64,000 nucleotides of DNA from Selaginella moellendorffii (taxonomy: Eukaryota; Plantae; Lycopodiophyta). Below are positions 36,701-49,579 of the stretch, piece after piece (the first letter of the stretch is position 1; the number at the start of each line of letters is the position of its first letter). Made by a program: the position numbers and the translations under genes. The notes under the pieces were generated by a model. That model was not told where the DNA came from and did not search any database. It worked only from the letters and a program-made list of their open reading frames with translations. The stretch spans positions 1 to 64,000 of the forward strand of contig NW_003314343.1 of NCBI RefSeq assembly GCF_000143415.4, written 5' to 3'.

Positions 36701-39700
36701 ATGGCCTTCAGGGTTGGGGAAAAGGTTTACATTTTGAATGGTGGGAAGAGAGTTGCAAAAGGGACCCTTGTGTCTATGGATCGGAACTTTGTTATACACT
36801 GTCAAAGGCTTGGGGAACGCAATGCTGCTGTATCAGTAGAGACTGTCTTCGATGGGAATGTGGTCGCTATTGAACGAGAGATAGTCGTTGGGGTAAATGT
36901 TGTTGTTGCCTTAAAAAATCTTCAGAAGAAAGCAGATGTTGGGGACAGCGCAAGTGTGACGCATGTTCCCTCCGTGGATCTTAAGAACCGTGCTACATGG
37001 ATTCAGGCGAAGGTGTTTCTAAACAACCCCGAGGGGGAGGTGGTAGCTGAGGGCTTAGCCACAACTGTCGATCCAAGAGATGCGGTTGCTAATCAAGAAT
37101 TGAGCTGGGATGATATTGGAGTTGCGATTTTAGAGGTTGTTGACACAGAAGAAAACAGTCTGACTATTGGAAGCATTGTGCAGTGGAAATTGAGGCACTT
37201 AGTGTTTGAGAATGTGAAGGATTCACAATCAAACACCACTACAACTGATGACAGAACATCTCTTCATGGGAAAAGAAAGTACACCTTCCTAAAGCGCAGC
37301 CAAAGGGATCTGAGCAACGAACCGAGAAGGCAGAAAATGGCGATGGAGGTTCGAATGGTCTCGACAGTTGCTTGTTGCAAGAGGAGGTGCTGTCAACAAA
37401 CTGATTGGGATGCTATTGAAGAGGAGAGAGCAAGATACAAGACATTGTCCTGGAAGGCAGCTCGCAATTTTGTGTATGAGGCATTACGGTCATCTGTTGA
37501 TGCTTCAGAACATCAGGTGGGGGGCATGGTCTTCCAGAGGGGTTTGGTCTGCATGAAGGCATGGAGAATCATTTATGGAGTCCTTCGAACCACATTCTAC
37601 AGAATCAAAACTGAGTTCGAGGAACAAAGGGTTTAACAGGCAGTCCATGGGAACGACGGTACGCACAAAACCAAGGGTCATGTTGTATATGGAGAGGCAA
37701 TCTTCAAGAGGTTTGTCGAGACATGTAGCAAGCAGCAACCACATAAAACCCGCCTCTTGGATGATGGAACACGAGACACCCAACAAGTTCTCCCTTCCAT
37801 GTATACCAAGGGGGCCATATTGGAAGATGTGAATCGGGAACTCCAGAGTAATGGCTACAGGAAGCTGAGCCAATCTAGATTTAGTAGATTGTGGAGCAAC
37901 AGGTTCAGGGATGTGAGTATAGGAAAGTACTCCAGCTTTTCAAAGTGTGACGAGTGCACTGCTATCAAAATGGCTTTGTCGAAGAATTCTTGCAGCGCTC
38001 AAGAGCGAGAGACGTTGGTTAGAAGGCGGCTCGACCACAACATCGAGCAGAGAAGCTGCAGGACTGCATATTATCATAACAGGATTCTCTCCATGAAGAG
38101 ACCTGACTCTTACCTCTGCATCATCCACGACAAAATGGACCAGAAAAAGACGTGCTTACCTCGACTCAATCCTGCCCCCAAGGCAATCTCTTCATCCATG
38201 CAACTGCCTGTGTCTCTGTTTGGCATAATCGCTCATGGGCATGGTGCCCAGAACTATGGGAACTTCTTTGTACCTCTATGGGGTGGCGGGGGTGCAAACA
38301 TGATGATTGCGTCCCTAGCAAAACACTTAAGGTCTCTGCAAAGTGCGCAGACTGAGCTGAACGGCCAACCCTTGCATAAGGCCCTTGTCAATCGAACCCC
38401 ATACAGGGTTCAGCTGGAGGAGGAGCAAAGGCTTGCAGTATCGCGTGGGGCCCCATGCCATCCCAGTGAATATGTTGGCCGTCAGATTGTAGGGTTATCA
38501 CATGAGGCCTCATGCCATTCCGACGAGGCTAGTCGCCCGGTGAATGCACAGCCTCATCCAAACAAAGCAGAATCTCAAGGAAGTTCTTGCGGCCGATATG
38601 GCCTTCCACCCCATCTTCTGCTCCAAACAGACAATGCTGGCAGTGAGAACAAAAACATGTACGTCTTCGCGTACTTGGCGATGCTTGTTGCCAAAGGCAT
38701 ATTTGAAACGGTTACACTTGGCTTTCTCATGGTTGGGCACACTCATGAAGACGTCGATGCCATATTCAGTCACCTGGCAGAGTCCCTCCGGCGATCCAAT
38801 GTCCTCACCCTCCCACAACTCTACGATGAATTCCAAAATTGCATCAAAGGCACTGTTGAAGCTGCACTTCTGACAGAGGTTCCAGACTTTAAGGGGTTTG
38901 TAAGAGGCTACATCAGGGACGGATCCGAAACGCTGATTGGCCACTCCAAGCCTCTTCAGTTTCATTTCAGCATGTGTGACGGTGCTCCAGTGATGAGGTA
39001 CAAGATGAGAGAATGGGACACAGTGTGGCTGCCAGTGGATGGCATTGAACTCTTCAAGAGAGATCCCATAACTGGGGAACCTATGATTCCTCAGGGTTCC
39101 CCATGGCCGATGCACCCGGATGGACTCAAAGACCAAGAAAGTATAGTGGCTGGGATTAGACAGCATATTGCCTTCTGGAAGAGGGGGTTGGTGTTTGGTG
39201 GAGAATCCTATTTTCAGAGGTGCAAGCCTTTGCTCGAATACTGGGAGAAGATTATATCTGCTATCCAAAATGGGCTGGTTGTATATGAAGAATTGGAAGA
39301 GTCCTTTTGGCCAGAACCCAGAGCACCAGATAGTAGCGGAACAATATCCTCTGGAAATGCAGTGACAGATAATGATGTTGAGGATCACTATTGTGGGCCA
39401 AGGAACAAGAAGCCGGATTCAGCATTCAATCCAGTATAGGTCTGCAAAGGAATGGTTGTGCTTGTCAGACCCAGTAATAAAAAACAAATGATATGGGTGG
39501 GGCGCTACATCACTGATGCAGAGGAGGACGCGGAAACTAACTCCTTCAATGTAACTGTGGAGTGGTTCAAGCCAAGTTCCGGATATACGAAGGATTGCCT
39601 AGAAAAGAGATGGGTGCTGAATCCAAGGGATCCCAGCATGAGCATATCGGTGGATAATGTTGTGCATGGTTGGATGCGGAAGCAGAGTGCCACCATCACC

Positions 39701-39839
39701 TTGCCAGACCATGCAAGAGATGCAGCAAGAGCATTCATAACCCGGGTTCAAGGTGAGATTCATTAATATTCCTTTACTAAGTTTCTAATGTATTTTATTT
39801 CAAGGTGAACAATCCGAATCTGAATCAGAGGAGGCGTGA
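36701..39839 (+). pseudogene. Sola-like DDD transposase (~1020 codons) with two in-frame stops (37634-36, 39437-39)
   Basis: Three ORFs in one frame; KCDEC, IIHDKMDQKK, QTDNAGSENKN, FLMVGHTHEDVDAIFS; probable short last intron near 39753-39804. Confidence 0.8.
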
Positions 39840-40385
39840 TGGCATGTGGCCTGAGATGATGTGACATATGCATTTACCAATCACACATGCATAAATCTAA
39901 TAATATGGCGTGTGGCCCATATTAATGGCACATAAACCCATATTGTGGGCTTACGTGCTTTATGTACCATCATTCCCTTGCAGCGTGTGTGTTGGTTTCC
40001 TTTTATAACACAACGAACTCCATATTTTAGGGTGAAGAGCGTTCTCATGGCAAGCACAAAATCTGTAAATGAGGCAGAAAAGGAGACGGAGAAGGAGATA
40101 GGTGAAGATGTAGAATATATAAGTCTTCCAAACTCCCCGTACTATACTCCAGGTGATCATTTTTCTGAACAAACGGCAACATTAACAACTATCGAGAACG
40201 CCCCAATAACGTCAGAGACAACAATCCAAAGCAAAACAACTGACCCAGAGAAGGATGATAGTACCGCTGAGAGTACCAAAAAGGAGGTGTCCACTAGCGC
40301 TTAGGCTTATAATGGCGTGTGCCCTCATGCCATTTACTTGATCACCAAATACCTTTTTCCCTTTGCACTAGTATATCTTAATACC

Positions 40386-43300
40386 GGTAAAGGTCTTACT
40401 TGGTCCTTGCGAAGCGGATCCTCAAAGTACGGCTTGAGTAAGTTCACGTGGAACACTGGGTGCATCTTCCCCATCTCTCGAGGAAGTCGGTGTCGGTAAG
40501 CCACTTTACCGATTCGTGCCTCAATCTCGTAAGGCCCTGTGAACCTGCTTAAGGAACTCAAGATCAATTCATTTACAGGAATACATGCATTTTTACCTTT
40601 GGGTCAACTTTCGGCTGATCCCACTTGGTAGCCTGAGGTTCTTGGTGTTCAGCCACACCTTCTCCCCAGCTTGGAACTCTACATCCCGGCGCTTTAGGTT
40701 CGCATACTTGGTTTGCCTTTGTTGAGCCCGTTCCAAGGAATCCCTCACTAGATTCCAAATGTTGAGTCTTTCCGCCGTGAATGCCTCCACTGCGGGTAGC
40801 TCTCCATGATACTCGGCCACGCCGAGTTCCACAGGACCTTCAATAGCTTGCCCATTGATGACTTCCCATGGACTCACCCCGATACTCGAATGTGGTGAGT
40901 TGCTATAACACATTTCCGTAAGTCCCAAATGACTTACCCAATCGGTCTAGTCTCCCGAGACATAGCATCGCAAATAATCCTCCAGCTGCCTATTCACCCT
41001 TTCCGTTTGTCCGTCTGTCAAGAAGTGTTAGGACCACCAAACTTGACTTAATACCCCATACCTGTCTGTGGGTGATAGGTTCTGCTGAATTTCAACTTGG
41101 TGCGATACTGTTCCAGGAGGGTCCTCCAGAACCTACTAGTGAAGATCTTATCTCGATCTGAGATAATCTCTTCTGGCCTTCCCCGCACTCGAACCACTTG
41201 TTCGAAAAACAGCTTCGCCACACCTTCCGCATCCACTTCCGTTGTGGTGGGTATGAAATGTGCCATCTTCGAAAATCGATCCACCACCACGAATATTGCA
41301 TCGAACCCCTCGCTTGGGGGTAGTCCCGTGATGAAGTCCATCGTAAGACATTTCCACGGACGATCTGGAATTGGGATGCTTTGCAACAAGCCCCCACTAG
41401 CCTTAGTCACGGCTTTGACCTGCTGACATGTTGGACATGTCTTTACATAGTCTTGGACGTCCTTAACCATATCTGGCCAATGGTACTTCCTCTTGAGTAA
41501 GCCCATCGTCTTGGGCACTCCGCCGTGTCCCGCAAGAGGTTCGTCATGACACTCTTCTAAGGCTACCTTCCTTAGTCCCCCTTCTGGAACATATACCCTC
41601 ATTTGCTTGTAATAAATGAGTCCGTTGCGTTCCGCATAGCCCGTTTTCTCTTCCGTTGGCAGCTCACCTCTCTGGTGAGCTTCCCGCGCCTCCAGATTCC
41701 TCAACAACACTTCTTGTGCTAGACCATCGTTCTCATATGCTGTCCGCACATTGTCCCAGAAGGTTGCTGTTGCGCTGGAGATCACCAACCTCAAGCTCGC
41801 TTTTCGACTTAGCGCATCTGCCACGATGTTGCTCTTCCCAGGCTTGTACAGAATCTCGCAATCAAACTCGGCCAAGGCATTGGCCCACCGACCTTGTTTC
41901 CCTCTCAGGTCGGGCTGTGACAAGAAGTGTTTCGTTGCCACATTGTCCGTGTAAACCTTGAAGTGTCTCCCAAGGTAGTGTCGCCACTCCTTGAGCGCCT
42001 TGACCACCGCAAACAATTCCTTCTCGTGGGCAGGCCACTTCCGTTGAGCCTTGTCCAACTTCTTCGAGAAGAACGCTACTTGATGGTTATCTTGCTTCAA
42101 AACTGCGCCCAACGCAAAGTCTGAAGCATCCGTGTCTACCTCAAAGTCCCTACCAAAATCTGGTAATGCCAACACTGGAGCCTTCCTCAACTTCCCTTTG
42201 AGGTGGACGAATGCCGCCTCGCATTCCGCTGTCCATACCATCTTCCCTTTTCCTGTTTGGTCCGTTAAGGGTAGGGCTACTCTCGAATAGTGTCTGATAA
42301 ACTTTCGATAGTAGTTGCATAGCCCCAAGAACGCCCTCAACTCATGTACATTCGAAGGTCGCTCCCATTCCTGGATCGCTTGGACCTTCTCCGGGTCCAC
42401 CTTGAGCCCGTCCTGGCCCACCACATGCCCGAGAAACTTTACCTCTTGTTGAGCAAAGTCACATTTGCTCTCCTTAGCATACAGTTTGTGTTCCCTTAGT
42501 TTCTCAAATACCTTCGCCAAGTGTTCGGCATGCTCCTCTAGCGTCTCATATAGATCAGGATATCGTCGATATAGACGACCACGAAGTAATCCAGATAGGG
42601 TACAAAGATGTGGTTGAGTTCTTTTTCGTTCAATCGATAGGGTGGACGAACCACCGCCTCAGCACCCTCGACCAGCTCAAGAGATGGGGAAGATGCACCT
42701 AGTGTTCCATGTGGACTTACTCAAGCCGTACTTTGAGGATCCACTTCGCAAGGACCAAGTAAGACCTTTACCTGAGGTTATCCAAGGGGAAGAGGAATAC
42801 GAAGTCGAGGCCATCCTCAATGCGCGCAAGAGCAAGCGACAAGGACGCGAGGTGAGAGAGTTCCATGTGAAGTGGAAAGGATTTCCACACTGCGAAGCAA
42901 CATGGGAACCAGAGGAGAACCTAGCGAACGCGCGAGATCTAGTGGAGGAATTTCTGCAAGGCAGAACTCTATGTACTTATGCAAAGTTCAATTAAAATAT
43001 CAGATAATGCCAAGTCTTGGTGGAGAACGACGGAGGCCAACGAAGGACCAGTGGCCACTTGGGACATGATGAAGGTGAGGATCCGCGCAACATACGTTCC
43101 TCCGAATGCCACTCTGCATCTTAGAGATGAGCTGAGTAGGCTGAAGCAGACTGGAACCATCCAGGAATATGTGAATGGGTTCATAGCAAAGAGGATACTT
43201 GTCACAGACATGGGGGATATGGATGCGTTCCATGCCTTCATATCAGGTTTGCAAACCTGGGCTCGCGGTGAGGTGATGCACTGGAACCTGACCAACTACA

Positions 43301-43749
43301 AAGAAGCATTGGATGCAGCCATCAAGGTGCATTTCAACGATAACCTGCGAAAGGGGAACACGACGGGGTCGGGATCCACGTTTAGCAAAGGGGCCAAACC
43401 AAGGGGAACGTATAGCAGGGGGAAATTCAGAGGGTCCCATGATCAAGTCTTGTGGTACCAAGGGATGTTAGGAACCTGGAAGCTTGGTGTGCTTGGCTGC
43501 TTGTACTTGCGGGGAGTGTAGCCGAACCTTAAGTCCAGTCTAACCCGGGGAGGGGGATTGGGAGTGATTTGGGAATCCGTGGATGAAGGGCTAACACTCC
43601 GTTGCTCGTGCAGTGAGTAGTTGAAACCAAGTAGGAGCTGGTACCATAGGCGAGAACCTTGGCAAGGGAACTTTGCAAAAGCTAAGGCAGTGTTGGACGG
43701 GTAGGCGAGGTAAGTTGGCAAATTGGAAAGGAAAAATTTGTGGCTTACA
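40386..43749. mobile_element. Scrambled mosaic of the gypsy family: pol on - (40386-~42680), chromodomain on + (~42681-42995), gag on + (~43000-43428), LTR 3' part on + (~43429-43749)
   Basis: Each block matches 7560-15733; both introns retained (40545-40596, 41015-41061). Confidence 0.9.
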
Positions 43750-46700
43750 TCTTCATAGATTACCACCTTCAGTCCGAGCCACTCTATAGCACATGTGGTT
43801 TTGACCCTTTATCCTATGGTGATTTACCATAGGATAACCACGAAACGGAACCTAAACCCTCCATGTGCCAGGTGTTATATGCCATGTGTCACATGCCACG
43901 TGTCCACAGGACAGTGGTGTGAAACCCAGGTTTAACCTTGGACCACTGAATGAAAGAACGGTGCCAAACTCCTAAGCATAGAGCCAAGGAGCAATAGCAC
44001 TGGAGCACAGAACGACTCCCGAGCATACAGCTTAAGGAGTGAAGGGACAGGAGCACAGAACGACTTGGAACAGTCCTAGAGCAATTAGCATCCCAATGCC
44101 AAGACCAGCATGCAAAACGGAGCCAAATGAAGTTTGGTGCTATTTCGCTATACCGGTGGCCTAACACAAGAACATGGGTGCCTCACCAGCTAACATAGTG
44201 TGGAGCTTGGGCTTAGACCCAAGCTGGACGTAGAACAAAAATAGGCAAGCAAGCGGGAGCTAGGCTATACCTTAGGTTGGTCAGCCATGCCCGACCTACC
44301 CACTATCTCTACTATACATTTGAAACCACCCCCTTTCCTTAAGGAACACACCCTTTGGGCTTTCACCCCAAGCCTTCCTTAGTACCAGGAGTTAATCTCT
44401 AGAACAAGCTCCAAACGTACTAAATATGGAATGTCCCTAAATTGCAAATTTGGACATGGAACGAACACCATTGTGTTCAGGACAATCTCTACATTCTATA
44501 GATGTGCCAAATGAGTGAATGTAACACTTTCCATAAATAACATTTGGGATCGAAATGAAACTAACATGATAGCAAGGGTGTTTGGTAGACATGGTAAGCT
44601 ATCATCTAGCGTTATTGAGGGACTAGTCTCAATACGTGAGGGTTCTTGTCACTAGCCAGTGCAAGACATAACGAGACAGGAACTCCTTACCGGGCTAAGT
44701 ATGCTTAGCTAATAACACGTAGGAATTTCGTCCTTATGCTTGTCCGGTCTAAGTACACTCAAAATGCCCAGTTAACTCCACTAGCACAAAAGGGACTGAT
44801 AAAGGGTCCAGCAATACCGACCTTTTGCCGTTATAGTAGTAAGGAAAGAGTGTCCATAAGGAATGGCCGATAAATAACTTTCGATACCCAAAGTCACATT
44901 CACAACACTCTCCCCCCCTTAAGGAAGATCAATGTTCTCGTTGATGCATACTTGAGTCTAGAATACCGTCAAAGAAATAACTCCAGAAAAAGTTCACGGT
45001 ATTCACAAATGCACCAACTTAAATGAGTTAGGGTAACCTTTTTGTCTAACGCGGATGTGCTACCAACTCAAACACCTTCCAGCCGTCACCGACAAAGAAA
45101 TGACCAATGGAGTTAGCCACCCTTGTTGCTTTGGGTGTCACTTAGCTTACAAAAGTGTGATATGCCCCTGCCCATAGGTGGCATAGAAGCCAAAGGCCCC
45201 AACCCTCATGAGCAAAGAAACCATACCCATTAGTAAAGTTTAGATAGACTACTGTAAACAGGTAGTTAGAGTTGTTTACACGGTCATGCCCTTTGTAACG
45301 AAATAAGGAACATCGACAGAGAAGCGGGTGATGTGACCAATCGACAGTAGATACCCCATGACTAGAGATTTCACCATGCACATGAAATGCCGAAGCCAAT
45401 CTGCCTATACTGGCCCAAACTCAAAGATCAATAATTGAATAATATCAAAGTCATAAATAATGATATCTTAGAGACTTAAGTATTAGTGATTAAATCTTAG
45501 ATTAGAACACAAAAGTATTCCAAGTAAGTTATCATTCGATAAACCAGTAGTAGAGGAACCACCAAGATCACTATAAGTGGAAAACATAGGATTCACCATC
45601 CAACAAAATTTAATAGTTAGTGTATCATCAAGGACACTCAATAACAAAACATAATTATCAAAGATTACAGACAAAATGCCAAACAACTTACGAAAGATAA
45701 CTCAAAAAATATAAAGTATCATTGACTGGCAAGCAAGATGCTCGCGAATGTATCACCCAAAGGTAATAACATTTAATTAATCAAAAGTAGCTTAAGCAAC
45801 AATCAATAGAATAGAATGAATATGGTAAGACCAACAAACACCTATTTATGTCAACTATCACAAAAGCTAATCTGAATAAATCCTGGTCAATAATACCAAG
45901 GAACCAAAGATGCTCAAGCAAGCATTAGCAACATCCTACTGATATCTCAAACCCAAGAGATCAATCATGCTTTATTTCGTTAAAGTGGAACTTATTCAGT
46001 AAAGTGGGACATTACTTAGCATGTGTCCACATGCCATTTCCTAGTACTTAATTAATATTTATTAATATTTCTATCAGTTTTTTAATTTATTTTTTATATT
46101 TCACAATATTATAACACAAAATCATATGAAAAGTTTTTAATTTATAAATTATAAAGCTAAAACTTCAATTTTTTATTGTTGTTATAAAAATGGCATGTGG
46201 CCACACACCATAAGTGGGATAATGAAAAGTTCCACTTTAACGAAATAAAGCATAATCCAGAACAAACTACAAAGAACATGTGGTATTGCAAAAAAACCAT
46301 AAGCGATCAAATAGCACAATTAACTATCATAAAAGATCATCAATCATCCCATCAATAAAGAAATGTATAATCATTGTTGAAGAAAGAATCTACCATCCCG
46401 AAGAACAGCAAATCACTCTATACCAACAATAATCAAGCAAAACCCTTGACAAGGATAATCAACTATCCTTGATGATAGTCAATCATCACTAATGATTGCT
46501 AAATGCAAACTTCAACATCGAAGCTAATAAGCCAAAATGCGTTCCTTAACAACTTCTAACAAATCGACCACAAGCATGAAAACTCAAGGAACCAAAAGTT
46601 CAAAGAAGTCTATAGCCAAGTCTTGCCTGACAATGATCATGAGTCTCATATGAACCAACTTTTATGATAAAGAAGAAATCATGGTATAACCCACAATATC

Positions 46701-49537
46701 CTCCTCAACACATCTAGAAGTCAAACTTCATAATACAAAGCTAATGGAAAGCATACTTGCATCAATCTAAAAGCAAAGCACAACAAAACTATGCTTAACA
46801 AGTGATCACTAAACAATCCTCATGAATCTATATATAGTAAGACGTAACTCATTTCATAACAAGCACAAGAAGAATCATCAATGATCAATATATTCCAACT
46901 CAAATCCAACAAGAATTCAAACATTTCAATATTAATCATTAACTCTTCTTCTCGTAAAGTTAGTATAGTCCATGACCAAATCACTTTTCAAGGAAAAGCT
47001 CAAAGCTTAACAAATAATCTCGTTTATAACACAACTAACTCAAACTTGCCACTCAGCTCGTTTGAACGCTAACATAGTTGCTAACTCGCAAATGCACAAA
47101 TGCCAATAGCACAAAGCTATAGCTAAATCATCAACATCGAGACTAATGAAACTTGATATCAATCATGTCAATGACAAGGCATCACTTCAATGCCATCAAC
47201 ACCATAACAAAGTTAGAAGAAAGTACAAATGAATCACCACTCAAAATTCTATAGCACCTAAGTTAACCAAAGTCGAAGATACTTTACTCAGTATTTGAGA
47301 CCAATCCTTCAGCAAAACTCAGTTACAGATAACACTTCCTCAAGGAGTGAATCACCACATCCAAGACTCCATGAAATCCAACACTACAGACAAAACGTAT
47401 CTAAATGATATCGACAGAGATAAAATTGATATGCCTACATAGGAAAACCATGCAAGCCTAATGACACAATTCTCCGCAACACCATCTGATAAAGCAAGCC
47501 CACCACTATTAAATCTTCATTGAGTGAAGCAAGTGTCAAAAGTCCTTGATAAAGTCTACAAGTAATCACTAGTCGCAAAACAACCAACAATCACTTTTTA
47601 ACTTGTCTTCACAAAACCCTAACACTAAAATCTTGCCATCGAGTCATATACTTGGCCACCATGAACGTAATACCCTAGATACAAAATAAAGGTTCATAGA
47701 CAAGCATAAACTAAATAACCACTCGAATTCAACTCAACCACAATAAGCTCACTAATGCATTTAGCCAATAACTCTGAGCATGCCTTGAAGAGGCTACTTA
47801 TACATGATCAACACTCAATTGAAACTAAAGTGAAGACCATGAGATGGACTCATATCGGTACACAACTTCCTCATAGACAAAACTATAGTACGGGTACCAA
47901 CATTTCAAACTTAAACAACTAAGGTGGACATTACTATCCTCAGCCAAGGCGTATGGCCACCAAAACCAAATCAAGATTAGTGAGAGCTCACTACTCTCAT
48001 AGAGTTTAACAAAATGCAAGGTGCAACTTGCCACCAAACAGAACACTATAGAAGAAAAGCACAAGGGTCACCCTTCTTAGAAAAACACAACGGCCACTTT
48101 TCTACACCAACTCCAGACTTTATTCAACTCAATTGCCTTATCCCCAAAAGTTAGCATCCCTTTCAGGCCGCATCATACAAACTATCTACTAAGGTCTAAG
48201 CTAACTGAAGTCAACTCCAACTCTTTCACTAGTCTGTACTAGCTTACAAAAACGGAATGGTTTTCGAGCAAAATGATTAATAGATCAGCCATTGGAAAAG
48301 TTTAAGAAAATTTATGGAAAATTTTCCATCCTAGAGAAAGAATGATTCTTAGTCCAGGAATGCAATCTTTCAAGACTCAGTCAACTTCCTCCTACTAACA
48401 ACTTCACATAAGTTCACCTTAACACAAATTCTCAAGGCCCATAGTATGCTTAAGCATCAAACATCTTTGCCTATTTTTCTGACATCCAAAACCGACATCC
48501 GTAAAATGCAAAATGAACATCTAAGCTTGATCACAAAGACCATATCTCTGGATATCCACATTGTACTAACACTCTTCTTCAACCACCTTCAAGATCTAAT
48601 GTGAAGTCAAAACACTAATAAGAAAATGACATAGAAAATCAAGGTCTAAGGAAAATTCCTCATCACTCAAAAAATAAAAATGCCACTTCCACTAACATAA
48701 ATATTAGTGATGTTAATGCCTTAACTACACACTTTTTCCATCCGACAATCTACTCCAAATGCTATGGATAAACCAACAAGCCATAGCAAGTGAATGCTAT
48801 AACCCTTTCCAAACACCTTATGAGCAAACTCAAAGAATTAAGGAACCAACTTAAGCTTAGCATAATGGACCACCATTGAGAATTTAGTCAAAACTATTAC
48901 AATACTACTATATGTAAGTAGACTAACTTCACCATCAACCACCTTGGGGTTGATCATCGTTTAACCAAGTAACTTCGTAAACACATTGCTCATTTTCACA
49001 TAGATATGATATAAAACTCACAATAACTTGATCATCAATTGAGCAACACCATGAGCAATGCATATGTCACTACTATAAAGGTTTATGTGAGTATCGAATG
49101 TCAAATCGACTTGACAAAATGCAACATAAATGCCACACTCCACCGATAGAGATTTACAACACCTAACACCACTAACTTTTATTCACAACACGGACAACCT
49201 CATACCATTCTCTTTCTGACCAAACTCAAAGCTAATCCAACACCAAGCTACTCAAGGAGCAATAACAAAGTTCCCTGAAAAAGAATTGAGCATTGTAACC
49301 CAAGTCTTCCAATAGCAAGCCTTTTGTCTAACGCTTCACTACTATCCATCCCATAACTCACCACTTGTAAAACTATTATAACCAACATGCATCAAGATAG
49401 GGACTCTTGATTGCACAATGTGAATATGGGCAATGAGTCATACCTTGTTGCAAATCATCTCTCCAAGAAAAGAAGATGATTTATGTGTTTGATCCTTTGT
49501 CCTTGACGACTCTATTTTCAGTCTCATAACCTCAAGC
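43750..49537 (-). mobile_element. Old, heavily decayed LTR retrotransposon of another family: LTR ~43750-44907, PPT 44908-44920, degenerate internal region
   Basis: Minus strand AAGGGGGGGAGAG-TGTTG (PPT-LTR junction); LTR motif shared with other families at 44357; no intact ORF. Confidence 0.55.
45967..46253. mobile_element. 287-bp MITE of the Sola-like family; 27-bp TIRs, 4-bp TSD AATC
   Basis: ATGCTTTATTTCGTTAAAGTGGAACTT / AAGTTCCACTTTAACGAAATAAAGCAT; AATC at 45963-66 and 46254-57; family palindromes at ~46016 and 46189. Confidence 0.9.
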
Positions 49538-49579
49538 TTTAGGTTTAGGGTTAGGGTTTAGGGTTTTTAGGGTTTTAGG
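49538..49579 (+). repeat. Short degenerate TTTAGGG tract at the PLE junction
   Basis: tttaggtttagggttagggtttagggtttttagggttttagg. Confidence 0.9.

Larger units (their letters stand above)
27824..40385. mobile_element. Large Sola-like (DDD) DNA transposon with cargo gene; left TIR present, right TIR not found
   Basis: Terminus AAGCTCTATTTCGTTAAAGTGGGAATTGTCATTATCCCACTT matches the MITE end at 46211-46253; transposase at 36701-39839; an element-specific palindrome occurs throughout. Confidence 0.78.

Noticed and set aside
27918-40334. CRISPR-like reading of the dispersed palindromes
   Set aside because: Irregular spacing, degenerate copies, eukaryotic context, no cas genes
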